NCBI GenBank assembly: GCA_002633005.1 | Contig: NMRA01000160.1 | Location: forward strand, 375,217 to 439,216 | Direction of reading: 5' to 3' | DNA: 64,000 nt | Source: Phoronis australis | Taxonomy: Eukaryota; Animalia; Phoronida | In this document: positions 12,001 to 24,394 of the stretch, piece by piece | How the letters are laid out: each line of letters begins with the position of its first letter | Numbering within the stretch: position 1 is the stretch's first letter | Made by a program: the position numbers and the translations under genes | The notes under the pieces: model-generated | What the model was told of the DNA's origin: nothing | Database searches by the model: none | Seen by the model: only the letters and a program-made list of their open reading frames with translations

Positions 12001-14038
12001 CAGAGTATTTACAGGTCCAGCCACTGTACTGTTTCCTCCCTTTGAATTTTTACAATGCTACATCCTTGACAATCGCAGATTGCCTATTTCAATGCATACT
12101 CCACTTCCTCTGTCCCAGTTTCCCCACATTTGCTGAGAGTGGCCTATCTCAACAAATTACTTTGGACCTGTTGTGGTATAAGCCAGTTAATCTTTGGCAA
12201 ATACTTTTTCCCCGACTCGTTCCTCAACCTACAAATTATCTTTGAAATATCTTCTGGGAGTAGACTTTTCGGCCTCTCTCTAGCCCCCTCACCTTAGTTG
12301 TCCAGAAAGGTACCTTGTTGCTGGTTGTGAACTTTTCCATACCCAACCTTTACCAATAATCGGCAGGTCTCCAACTTCAGCAGAAGCCACTTCTTCAACA
12401 TAAGCCTTTCCTGGTTCCTAAAATTGTATTAATGAAAAAATTAAACATATTAAATTCAATGTGGCCATTTCGGTTCAGAAAATATGAATGCCAAGCTAAA
12501 GTGAAGAGGCACCAATATTTTTGACGGCTTTAGCATGTTTAATTAACTTCATAATCGCAGAATTTCATTGGCAGACATAACATACTCCCTACTCTCTACA
12601 AGTAGTTCATGGGCAGAAGTCATGTTCCACATTTGGTGGTTGTTATGAAAAGTTATGATGACTACCTAGTTTCTGTGCCAATGTACAGTAGTTGCATAAA
12701 CATCAACACATTTGAATAAGATATGATTAAGCAATAAGGCCCAAGTTATAAGCAATCAGGGTGTGTCAATAAAAGTATTTTTGCGTGAATGACGTGCTTC
12801 TAAATATTCCTCGGAGTCAGACCCTGGAGTTTAGTGATTCCTACCTGAGCTCACATGAAGCAGAACGTTGAACCTTGACTTAACGTCTTTGGTCATTTTT
12901 CAGACCTCTTATCAGATTTCTCCTCTAGTGTGCAGTGGATGTACTCAGTGTCTTTGGCGACGCCAATATATCTCGAGTGTTGTAACGATGTTTAGGGCAA
13001 GTGAATCTAATACGGTATCCTGCTGCACAGCTGCCTCCGAGGCAGACACTGAGACAGACTACTTCTCAGGAGGACACGTTCCACCTCCACATTAGCTCCA
13101 CTTACACTTATAAGGTGCTCAAATGTCTCGCTCTTTTCCTTATGCATTTCCCAAGAGTTTCCAAAGTTGTTTCTCTCCGCAATTTGTAGAAATACCACAT
13201 TCGATGCGACTGGCAGTGCCAGATAAATAGATAAATTCGCAAACCCGCATTTTAGGTCAGCCATCATTCAACTAACGCATTGTAAGCTTTAGTTTGGTAT
13301 TCAGACGAGTTGGATGAACAAATTTAGTATAATTTCATATTTTAGTGGGAAATGCTTGTGTGCTTAAAATTAATTAAAAACATTAAAGCAAACCATTTTT
13401 TTTAATTCTTGTATTACACCACGGCATATTGATGCGTAGAAACGGCGCACAACTAGTGACTGGTTTAACATGACAAATACATATACGCGGTCTGAAATTA
13501 GTGAAATTCAGACACCTATTACCAAGCCTGCCTGAAGGGCTGACAAAGTTTTTATTGTATTAATTTCAAGGGCACGGAGTCTTCTACATGTCCATGTTAT
13601 TATTTTTAGTTTTCTCGCGGGGGCAGCTTCGCTATAAGGGTACAACTTACTGCTGGTTTTTCACAAGAAGGAAATGTACCTCCACGGAAACAGTTCCAGT
13701 GTTACCATGGTAACCGATATTTCAGTGTCGGTGCCGTTTTTACTGACATTGGTCATGAACCTATCATGTGATATCAAAATTGTTCAGAAACAATTCTGTT
13801 TGAAGTAGAAACTGGAGTAGAAAATTTGACTCATTCCACATCAAGAAATTGCCTCATTTTGCCCCCCCAGAACACTTCCCTTGTATCTCCTAAACCACCA
13901 AACTTTGAGGTGTCATACTTCACCCAATTTCTCTCATCCGTAATGTGATTTATCAGACTAAACATGGATCTGAATGGCTGACCCCCCACCTTGCCGCTTG
14001 TTGGCTGTACAGTGGTCGGTGGATTCGTGGACTGATAC
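9047..14038 (-). mobile_element. internally deleted TTAA-inserting DNA transposon, Sola3-like (copy 1, 4,992 bp)
   Basis: TTAA on both sides (9043-9046, 14039-14042). Imperfect TIRs GTA(CT/TC)AGTCCACG...GCGGCAAGGTGGGGG(G)TCAGCC, plus a subterminal inverted AAAACTTTGTCAGCC about 480 bp inside each end. Frameshifted coding remnants (TCPKHRY..IYWRR near 12950-13000; GWVWKSS..TRY and LPEDISKIICRLRNESGKKY..WLIPQQVQS near 12150-12420) recall Sola3-type proteins from memory, not searched. The paralogous empty site is at ~1280-1300. Confidence 0.75.
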
Positions 14039-14042
14039 TTAA

Positions 14043-14390
14043 GTAAACACGCTTTTGCAAATTCAAAGACACCAAATGCAAAGTAAAAAGAAAATACCTC
14101 TGTTTTAATAACAATTGTGTAATTATCCATATTCATATTTTTTTTTCATTGAGCACAATCTCATTTGTATGAAAGAGGTCCGCCACTCATCTGAGCCACG
14201 AGAATTCTACAGGCAGTAGCCATAACTGTGGTTTGCATTAACGGACCGTTCTCCACCAACGAGAGAGGTAGTTGTGTCAACCCCAGGTGCCAGTGGTTTT
14301 GGTGACCTTGACGTCATTTTCAAGATCACATCTAGAAAATGAAGTTTTGTCGTTGTTCACATTATGTAGTTTTTGTCAATATTGTGTTTA
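14043..14390. repeat. paralogous upstream block of the LRR duplication
   Basis: Aligns with 1290-1640, e.g. ccactcatctgagc..ggcagtagccataa..ccccaggtgccagtgg..gaccttga..ctagaaaatgaagttttg. Confidence 0.85.
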
Positions 14391-15023
14391 ACACTGCCCG
14401 GTGTATATAGCTACAATTATTTCAATTTCAAATAGAAATTTTTGAGAGCGCCTACCAGTGGTTCTACATCTACCGTAACAGATTTTCCTGAAACTTAGGT
14501 ACGCACTAAGTCACCTTTTATTTTTCTGAAACGAGTCTCATTTTTGTCTCATGCTGATCTTGCAAAATGGATTTTTGGACACTTATTTCAATAAAAAGCT
14601 GCCAACTTTTCACCTCTATTAAGACTTCTTAAAAGTTAGGAATAACTATGTTTTTTCTGCGAATGTATCTGAGCTTAGGATCGCGTTTCATATTTAAAAT
14701 ATAGACATTTTAGTATTAAAGTACTGGTAGGACACTGTTGGCATCTTCAGAATCAGTTATTCTGTTCTTAAGAATCCTCGTTGTCATACCAGAGACAGCA
14801 GAAAGGGAAACAAATCTCTTAGCGAAATCCCATTGGACGGCCACTGGCGGACATTGTTGTTTCATGGACCGCACGGACGTTTAGCGGGCGCGGGTGCAAT
14901 AAACAAATATAACAACATATGACGGCTCCGATCGGTAAAAAATCAACGGTGTTTTTTGCACTGCCTACAGCTTCAGCAACAGTTAATCGAAAATTACATA
15001 ATTTTTTCGTCATAATAGGTTTA

Positions 15024-15098
15024 AAAACGGACAATCGCCGCACAAATAAAAAAGTTCATCTTGATTCGACGTTTCGTCTATTCATTAGACATCAACAG
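15024..15098 (-). repeat. hammerhead-ribozyme-bearing repeat fragment (core mutated to CTGTTGA)
   Basis: Reverse complement of the 28982-29058 repeat. Confidence 0.6.
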
Positions 15099-15202
15099 CT
15101 TATAAAGATCAAAACAACAAGTGTCGACCTACCAGTCAGGTTACATCCATGTGGTGATATGAGTGTAGCAAGAAATACAGGGAATAGTAGATAGGTCATT
15201 AC

Positions 15203-15725
15203 TGTAGAAAATTAATTTCAGTCTCTCGGGTTGGACCTGAACCCCAGTAGCACGAGCGACAGTCTAGCGTCTAAACCATTCGGCCAAGAGGCAATTGCCA
15301 CTTGGCAAGCGGCTTAGAGAGGGTTTATCTGACTACATGTCGTCACAACCGCAAGTCACGCTTCACAACACTACTCCCCCTTCAGCCGAACAGGCGCGCT
15401 CCCTGGCTTTTAGATCTCAGCAATACCCTAGCGTCGTGGAATTTGACCTCAGCAATGCTCTCTTTGTGTTCTGAATCCACCAGTACCAGGTCGCCCACTC
15501 TCCATCCGCGGCCTTACATCTTAGGGTTAATCGTGGATTTTCCCTTAGTTGGGCGCCAATGTAGAAAATTTCAGTATTTCCGGTGAGACTTGAACCGCGG
15601 TAGCACGAGCGACGGTCAAGCGTCTAAGCCATTCTGTCAAGAGGCAATGGCCACTTGGCAAGCGGCTTAGAGAGGCTTTATCTGACTGTACGTGTCGTCA
15701 CAACCGGAAGTCACGCTTCACAACA
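15203..15725 (-). mobile_element. TRIM (miniature LTR retrotransposon) with tRNA-like sequence in its LTRs, Helenus-like
   Basis: Two TG..CA direct repeats (15203-15370, 15560-15725). On the minus strand: PBS TGGCGCCCAAC (15548-15558, tRNA-Lys-like) after the 5' LTR and PPT AGGGGGAGTAG (15371-15381) before the 3' LTR. LTR A box TGGCCGAATGG and B box GGTTCAGGTCC/GGTTCAAGTCT. Flanks TTAC/TCAC. Confidence 0.85.
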
Positions 15726-15811
15726 TCACCAAAGCTGTAGGGTCACTGAGCTCTGCATGTTATTCAGAGAACCAGCAGCATACTGGTCCTGAATGGCCAA
15801 TGATTATTTAA

Positions 15812-18051
15812 GTATCAGTCCACGGATCCACCGACCACTGTACAGCCAACAGGCGGCAAGGTGGGGGGTCAGCCATTCAGATCCATGTTTAGTCTGATGA
15901 ATCACATTAGGGATGAGAGAAATTGGGTGAAGTATGACACCACAAAGTTTGGTGGTTTAGGAGATACAAGGGAAGTGTTCTTGGGGGCCAAAATGAGGCA
16001 ATTTCTTGGTGTGGAATGAGTCATTTTTGACCAAATTTTCTATTCCAGTTTCTACTTCAAACAGAATCGTTTCTGAACAATTTTGATATCACATGATAGG
16101 TTCATGACCAATGTCAGTAAAAACGGCACCGACACTGCAATATCGGTTACCATGGTAACACTGGAACTGTTTCCGTGGAGGTACATTTCCTTCTTGTGAA
16201 AAACCAGCAGTAAGTTGTACCCTTATAGCGAAGCTGCCCCCGCGAGAAAACTAAAAATAATAACATGGACATGTAGAAGACTCCATGCCCTTGAAATTAA
16301 TACAATAAAAACTTTGTCAGCCCTTCAGGCAGGCTTGGTAATAGGTGTCTGAATTTCACTATTTTCAGACCGCGTATGTGTATTTGTCATGTTAAACCAG
16401 TCACTAGTTGTGCGCCGTTTCTACGCATTAATATGCCGTGGTATAATACAACAATTAAAAGAATTGGTTTGCTTAAATGTTTTTAATTAATTNNNNNNNN
16501 NNNNNNNNNNNNNNNNNNNNNNNNNNNNNNNNNNNNNNNNNNNNNNNNNNNNNNNNNNNNNNNNNNNNNNNNNNNNNNNNNNNNNNNNNNNNNNNNNNNN
16601 NNNNNNNNNNNNNNNNNNNNNNNNNNNNNNNNNNNNNNNNNNNNNNNNNNNNNNNNNNNNNNNNNNNNNNNNNNNNNNNNNNNNNNNNNNNNNNNNNNNN
16701 NNNNNNNNNNNNNNNNNNNNNNNNNNNNNNNNNNNNNNNNNNNNNNNNNNNNNNNNNNNNNNNNNNNNNNNNNNNNNNNNNNNNNNNNNNNNNNNNNNNN
16801 NNNNNNNNNNNNNNNNNNNNNNNNNNNNNNNNNNNNNNNNNNNNNNNNNNNNNNNNNNNNNNNNNNNNNNNNNNNNNNNNNNNNNNNNNNNNNNNNNNNN
16901 NNNNNNNNNNNNNNNNNNNNNNNNNNNNNNNNNNNNNNNNNNNNNNNNNNNNNNNNNNNNNNNNNNNNNNNNNNNNNNNNNNNNNNNNNNNNNNNNNNNN
17001 NNNNNNNNNNNNNNNNNNNNNNNNNNNNNNNNNNNNNNNNNNNNNNNNNNNNNNNNNNNNNNNNNNNNNNNNNNNNNNNNNNNNNNNNNNNNNNNNNNNN
17101 NNNNNNNNNNNNNNNNNNNNNNNNNNNNNNNNNNNNNNNNNNNNNNNNNNNNNNNNNNNNNNNNNNNNNNNNNNNNNNNNNNNNNNNNNNNNNNNNNNNN
17201 NNNNNNNNNNNNNNNNNNNNNNNNNNNNNNNNNNNNNNNNNNNNNNNNNNNNNNNNNNNNNNNNNNNNNNNNNNNNNNNNNNNNNNNNNNNNNNNNNNNN
17301 NNNNNNNNNNNNNNNNNNNNNNNNNNNNNNNNNNNNNNNNNNNNNNNNNNNNNNNNNNNNNNNNNTGTATGGTATTTAGGGGTACTATAGCCCAAAGTGA
17401 TAAGTAGTAAAACGTTCAAAACATTCAGGAGGAACTAACTTGTTGCAAAATATCGAAAAATATGAAGGACAATCGGATTTTACGGTGCTCACGCATCGAT
17501 CTCAGATATATGACAATTTCTCATTTTAGTACATTTGAGGTGCCAAAATGTATAACTAATAAACTGGCTGACAAAGTTTTTATTTTATGCAATGAAAGTA
17601 ACATGTTTTGTCAACATTTTGGCTAAGTTTCATTCTCATAACAGTGGGGGCAGATTTGGTACAGCAGTGTACTGAACACAACCTCAAAATGGCATAACGG
17701 GGGGCAGTGTAGTAAAACTACTAAATGAGGGTGATAAATCGGAATCTTGTTTCAAGACATCTGTGTAACAATCTATAGGCACCACTAAACAATGCCAAGT
17801 GAATAATAAATCAATAGCTTTCATTCAAGGAAAAATATGAACAGTTAAAACTGGACAGTTTTTATACCGTGAAAACATGGCTGCGAAACCGTAAAATGTG
17901 TTTGACCTATAACTTTAGAAAAACAAAATATTTTGAGGAAATATTTTACCGCTGTTTATAGATCCCATAGGACTACATATGTGCCAAATTTGGTGAAAAT
18001 CGGCTGACCCCCACCTTGCCGCTCATGGTTGGTGCTCTCGTGGACTAGTAC
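15812..18051 (+). mobile_element. Sola3-like TTAA DNA transposon (copy 2, inverted, spans assembly gap)
   Basis: 15812-16492 is the reverse complement of ~13360-14038 and 17366-18051 is the reverse complement of ~9047-9735, both with scattered substitutions. It has its own TTAA flanks (15808-15811, 18052-18055). Confidence 0.8.
16493..17365. other. assembly gap (873 N)
   Basis: Run of N. Confidence 1.
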
Positions 18052-18059
18052 TTAATGTA

Positions 18060-18405
18060 CAGTAATTCTTTTATACGTCCTTTACATACTGATAAAACTT
18101 ACTGAATTGGCTTGGAGATTGTTGCTAACTCAATGCCTATAGACGTTGCTTTTGTCTGAGGTGTGATATTCTCTCCTTCTGTCACAGACGCGTCTGTGTG
18201 TGAGTCCTATGTAGAATTCTTTACAGTTATCACATTCAACTTTATAAACAACATTGCTTTTATTTAATAAAGGAATAGGTGACTTCAGTTTACACAGCAC
18301 ATTGTTAAGTGTACGACGAGGTTTGAAAACAACTATCATCTTAACGGCTGGGTCAATGCAATGTAAAAGACGAGATAACTGGCGTTTCAGCTTCAGACTA
18401 CTAGG
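18060..18405 (-). mobile_element. Penelope-like GIY-YIG endonuclease fragment
   Basis: IVVFKPRRTLNNVLCKLKSPIPLLNKSNVVYKVECDNCKEFYIGLTHRRVCDRRREY matches the PLE VVY..C..C...YIG.T motif. Confidence 0.8.
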
Positions 18406-18409
18406 CCCA

Positions 18410-21180
18410 AGACTCACTCTCAACCGATTCTCGAACCAACACCCCACTCTGCGACCTGTAAAATGCTAAATCCTTCAAGAGCTTCCGCAATTGTCCTACC
18501 GATAACCTCCTTATCAACACGTCCACCCCTTTCCAAGACAGCAAAACCACCTGACACTCCCTCAAACACCTACCCCTAGGTGCCGCCTGTCCTAACTCCC
18601 TACATACCCTCACCACCTCCCCCAACTCCCCAAAAATTTCCCCCACTTTCCAACAACCACGCTATAATCACTGCTAAATCCCCACTCCCCACTGAAACTT
18701 CACCTACAAAACAACATCCCGCCCAATTACATTGCTCCGTCCACACTAACCTCTTCCCCGTAAACCACTCATCGTCCATGAGCAACCCCGCCAACCCCTC
18801 TGCCTTAACCTCCCGCTCATTACTCCCCATTCTCCAAGCTAACTTCCTGAACCTCAACACAAGACTCTTCGCCATCTCCCTTCCTGGGTCCGCTTCTACC
18901 AGACTCGAAATAACCTTGAAAGGCTCCATCAGCTCTTCCCCTCTCAAAGCTGCCACCAATTCTTCGAAAACCCGTTGAGCCATCCTACAAACAATCTTAA
19001 CAATTAATAAGGCATATAGGACAAATATACTCTTCCATATCACTGAACTTCTGCTCATTAGCTCCCACACACAGCACAAGAAACCACTCTAAACACCCAT
19101 CACACTGAACCATTAAAGTCCCATCGTTGGGTTCTCTACAAATGCAATGACATTTACTTTTAACACTTCCCACCTCGCCATAACCTCTGAATCATCCCTT
19201 ACCTTTTTCACCCACCAAGGCAACTTATATTCTGCTCATTTACATCTTTTCATTCTATCATAATTTACCACTGTCAGCCGATCTCTTGTCTTAACCTGAA
19301 ACACATAATCCGACAATTTAGCAACAATAATTGCCGGCTCCTCCCAACATGGCATCAACTTTTTATATAACATCGGATCTTTACAAACCCGTTCCTCCAC
19401 CAACATCACCACTTCCCTTACCTGATAACCCAGCCGGTCAACACTAAGGCCATAGTATCCCTTCACAATCCTCTGAATATGTTTGGGGGGCATTCCTACC
19501 AATCTGATGTATATCACAAAGAACAGTCTCCAACTTTTTATCATAATCCTCCTCAATCGTGCATTCCTCCTCTTCTAACAAGGACAATTCCGGGGACACC
19601 AGATCAGCTGGGGAACTTACCTCACGTCCCAATATAAAAAATTCGGAATAAACCCTGTGCTCCGATTAACAGACGCTCTCATCGCACCAGCCAACTGAGA
19701 TAAAAATAAATCCCAAACCTGTTGATGTTATCAACATAACATCAAAGTACATCCATTAATGTTCTGTTAAACCGCTCCACTTGACCATTGCAAGACAACC
19801 CATTGGCGGTCGTCCGACTCTTATGACTATGTAACAATTTGCATATCAACTTGAACAATTTACTCTCAAAATCAGCTCCCAGGTTACTAATAATGTTCAA
19901 AGGAAATCCAGTACGAATAAAGAACTCGTTAACTGCTGCCCTAGCTGTCACCTCAGCGGACTGAAATGGCAACGGCTCACATTCAACCCATTTCGTAATC
20001 CGATCAACCAACATTAGCACATACTCAATTCCTCTCTCAGTCCAACTCAAAGGCCCTAAAAATCGACATGAACCCTCTCCATAGGAACTCCGGAATAAAA
20101 CTGAGTCATAGGAGCCCTAGCCTTTCTGCTCGCCTTCTTCCCCATTCTACACTGAACACCTGACTCAACATGCCTCCGAACATCATTACTCATACCATTC
20201 CACGTACACTCCCTCAACCTTGGCCAACGTCCTCACAACGTACCATTGATGACCTGCTAATGCAACATCATAATATATATCAACACCTGATCCTTGAACG
20301 ACTCAGGAACTAAAATCACCATTTCACCCCCTTTACTCCGCTTCATTAACAAGCCTCGTATTATCTGATATATTTCCTTATCGACAAAAAACTTCTTTTC
20401 GCCCCTAATCAGCAGAAACATATCCCCTGTGGTAAACACTGTACCCCGTAATAAATACTCCCTCATATTCCTAAGTCCAACGTCTTTCTCTTGTTTTACA
20501 TCTAAACAACCATCCTCAATCTTATCAACCACAGAAATATTTACCTGAACATTCTGTCTCGCCACAGCATACTCATCACCTTCATCTCCCACACGAAAAC
20601 CTACATAATCGTCAATACAATCAATTAATAATCCAGACCACCCGTCTTCAGCCTCTCCAACTCCCCGACTCTTAGTAGATCCGGACATACTAGCCAATGG
20701 CACAACATCATTAACTCGTGAATCAAAGTTAGCCCATTTCTGACTCTCTCTAACACACTATTTACATTACAACCTCCACATAGACTAACAAGGCAAATCC
20801 TTGACATTAACATTCACCTGATAATTCGCCCGCTTACCGTCCCTCTTCCATAAATCTAGACAAAACATCTGCGTTCACATGAGCTTTACCTGACCGATAT
20901 ACAATCTCACAAAGTCACATTGGCTTAATTCTTCTAACCAACGTACCAACTGATCCCCCGGATTCTTAAAATTCAAAAGTAACACCAAACTATTATGACC
21001 AGTCCGAACCGTAACACGTTTTCCCAATAAGTAATGCCGAAATTGTCTCCAAAACTTAAGAACAGCCACGAACTCCTTCCGTGTAGTACAATACCTTTTC
21101 TTCTCCTTGGTTAACGCCGCACTTCTATAAGCAATTTGTCACTCAACTCCTCCTTGAACATGAATCAACTCGCCTCCCAC
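18410..21180 (-). mobile_element. decayed Ty3/Gypsy pol (RNase H, integrase, GPY/F) plus G-rich downstream region
   Basis: RNase H: YCTTRKE..AVLKFWRQFRHYLLGKRVTVRT.HNSL. Integrase: YVLMLVDRITKWVE..P..Q.AEVTA..NGQVERFNRTL. C-terminus: KKLMPCWEEP..VVNYDRMKRC. Many stops and frameshifts. Confidence 0.88.
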
Positions 21181-21184
21181 ACAC

Positions 21185-22770
21185 AAAATGATGTTCCAAT
21201 GAGGCCGATAATATCCAAAATCCTGACGCTAACGTACAAGACAGCTAAGCACCTTGATAATATCATTAAAAACCGTACATTCAGAGTCGTTACTCTATTA
21301 AATCTCGTACAGAGTTCATTGATAATTTGTGCACACAAGTACAATCCCCTCGTTACCAACCTATGTCGCTTGAAGGCCGAGTCTTTGTTCATCAACGCGC
21401 CTGTTCATCACTGCTATCATTTTGAATAGTGTATACCATCACCCACATCTAAAGGCACCCGAGATTTCGAAAACCGGATGAGAGCGTTGCTGACCGTCTG
21501 GACTACCAAAGTACCATTTAGCAATATCAATAGCAAATTGTTTCCACAAAAAAGATGTTGTGAGCATGGGCTCTCCTCTGGGTTCCACTTTTTTGGATTT
21601 TTATGTCTGAGTGGAAGAAGGGCTAGCAATGTGATTGGTGGTATTCTTATCTTTGTACGATATTTAAATAGTGTTTTTGTTTGTTATGCTTTTGATGAAT
21701 TGTTATCAGCGCGTGATGAACTTGAGCGTCACTCTGTATGGAAGTTTACCCACGAGCTTCCTGTAAATGACAAGATTCCGTTTCTGGACGTTCTTGTGAA
21801 CCATTCTCCATTTGAATTGTCTAACTCAGTTTATCAGAAGCCTACTGACAAAGGTTTCTGTCTTCACGCCAAAAGTTAGTGCCCTGAGAGGTATAAGGTC
21901 GCCGTTGTGGTCAACTTTCTAAAGAGGGCGTATTTGGTGTCGTCTAACTGGCTATTGATCTATCGCAAGCTCCGCCTCCTTGTGTAATGTCGACAAACAA
22001 ACCATAAGTTTCACCGGCGTAAAATGGCGGCTTGGAAACGAAGGTGTGTCAAGAATGCTGAGTTATGATTGATCAGTTAAGCCGTCACTCAAAATCTTGG
22101 CAATAGGTCAATTGTTCAATCAAGAGGTTGATCGTATAAGACTAATCCTGTTGAATAATGGGTACACCCATGCTTTGGTAGACTTCCATATTAGTCGATT
22201 CATGCCCAAAATTAATTGTGAAGACCCGGCACGTCGGCCTGGTGTGACCAAAAGATATTTTACAAAATGTTATGTCCAATAATTACCTCCAGGACGAACA
22301 CGCCATTTAGAAAACCGTTAAGGATAATGTTAAAGTTTGTAAGCCTGATGATTACCTCAATGTTATTACTTGTTATCGGAATAGGAAGTCCTCCATCTTA
22401 GTCATGAAAAATGACATTTCTAAAGCCAAAGTCCGCCCTGTTGCCCAGTGTAGTGTTGTCTATGAGTTTGTATGTCTTATGAACGAATATCTTCGTTTAA
22501 ATGTCAAGCAATGTTACATTGGTCAAACGGTTTGTAGTCTTTCAAGTCTGTTATCTATGCATCTTCAAAATTGCGACATCAAAGAACATTTTCTGTAATG
22601 TCACGAACGTAAAATCGCCCGTCAAGAAATTGCGGAAAATACGTCATTTCTGTATGTAGAGCACGATGTGCTGCGATTGAAAGTATTAGAGTCCCTTTTT
22701 ATTGCATTTGAGAGGCTCGTTTTGAATGAGCAGCAAACAGGGTCGCGCCGCACGTTAAACTTGTTTGCGT
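21185..22770 (+). mobile_element. decayed Penelope-like retroelement (RT + GIY-YIG)
   Basis: VPMRPIISKI.T.TY..AKHL, ESLFINAPV, SMGSPLG, FVRYLNSVF (degenerate YVDD), KIPFLDVLV, VYQKPTD, LLNNGY, SVVYEFVC...YIGQT, LESLFI. Interrupted by stops and a MITE. Confidence 0.85.
21954..22112. mobile_element. MITE inserted into the Penelope-like ORF
   Basis: Inverted ends ATTGATCTATCGCAAG / CTTGGCAATAGGTCAAT. Removing it rejoins ...SSNW-LFNQEVDRI. Confidence 0.65.
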
Positions 22771-24192
22771 GACTTTCCTGTTACCCCCCCCCCGTCATTC
22801 TTTGCAGTATTTGGCACTTGCCGTGTCCCACTGTGTTTGTTTGCAGCGTATGCTATGTGCTGGTATATCTGCGTCGTTTTATTTCCACTTGAGAATGGGA
22901 AAAGTATGTTTAGAGATATCGTGTGTCTTTTAATCATTTCTCATGTCAGTTGCTTTAATAATGTTCTGTCCAGTGTCGAGCTTTGTTCCGAGGAAACGAA
23001 CGGAACTGAATAAAGATTGTTAACAACGACAAGTCTCGTGTATTTAATCAATTTTACATAGTGTAGATATATTGTATGTATCCAAAAATGTTTTTGATTT
23101 ACTTGAATTAGATTTTTGTCTGATTTTGGTGAAGACGCTACAGGTAAGTACAAGAAAAATGGCCGATTTATGATGACCCAGTTTCAAACTAGCAAGGCCT
23201 AAAATAACCGCTTGATCACCGTGCGCCAGAATTTTCATGGGTAACGGTAAATGTTTGCTGAAAGTTAATAACTTTTAGGGCAATAAAACCGCTTTATCAA
23301 GAACGATGCTGCCTTTGATCGATGTTTTAGGCAACCCAAGTTAACGAATCCTGTCAAAATTGCCGTCGAACATTCGAATTCTCTCTACCAGGAGACTGTA
23401 CACCAACCGTGAAATACGGCCTCAAAGCTGTATACGGTTGGGTCTACAGTATATTCCCGTATTTTACGACGTGCACTGTATTTCAAGGTGTATTGAATGC
23501 CCGTATTATTAACACATGCGTGGTATACTTTACCGTATATGTGCGCACCCAGGGGGGCTCGGGGGGATCGAACGAGCCTCCCATTTGGCAAAGTGGGCAA
23601 AAAGGTCCGCTTCAGAGAAACAAAAAGCCCAAGAAAACGAGACAAAAATCCACTAAAAAGGTAGGATTTTGGAGAATGCACAGTTCGCAACTCTGAACGA
23701 ATCCAGTTTTCCAATTTTTTTAGTACACCGTTTCATGGCGTATCTTATTGCCACACACATTTGTGACGTAAGTGTAACAAAGACAATTAGATAGAAAAAT
23801 GTATTCCTTACCGTAACACCCGAAAACATATACGTTGTCGTTTTCCGTTAGGATAGAATGTGTAAAATCGCTACATTCGAAATGACGAAGGGTGTCCAAA
23901 CTGGATTTTGCCGATATTCAGTTGTGAAAACAATTTAGGGGAATTGATCTCCAAACTCGAAAATATATAGTTTGTCTTGCTTGGAGTTGATTTGAGACGA
24001 AATACTAAAAAGATGATTTTGGGTAAATTGACGTGGCGGCCATACTGATTTTTCGACACCAGCGGCCAGGTGCCTGCGTTTTCAGAAAAGCTTATTTTGT
24101 AGTTTTTAAATAATTGCGTCCAAAAAGGAATTCCGCGTTTCATGTTGGCGACACTTTCATCTAAGTGGGTAAGTGGAATCTATATACAGAGC

Positions 24193-24394
24193 CTGGGGCC
24201 CGATGCAAGAAAACTGACTTAGCCAAGACAAATCTTAATTTCAGTCAATTTTAAGATAACATTTAAAAGTGAATCAAATTCTCTTCACGAATTGACTGAA
24301 GTTTTGTTTTAATTTTAGTTATCTTACCGGATATGTAAGTTTCAACGTTTAGAAGTTGAATAAACTTAAGTCAGTTTCTTGGAACGGGCCCCAG
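24193..24394. mobile_element. PIF/Harbinger-like MITE
   Basis: CTGGGGCCCG.TGCAAGAAAACTGACTTA ... TAAGTCAGTTTCTTGGAACGGGCCCCAG terminal inverted repeats. Confidence 0.65.

Noticed and set aside
15222-15292. tRNA gene
   Set aside because: A and B boxes are present but no clean cloverleaf or anticodon arm. It is embedded in TRIM LTRs.
16477-17419. 300-aa and 310-aa ORFs
   Set aside because: Artefacts of the N gap.
15812-18051. Inverted copy as a pure mis-assembly of 9047-14038
   Set aside because: It has its own TTAA flanks and scattered substitutions relative to copy 1, favouring a real second insertion. Its true length is unknown because of the gap.
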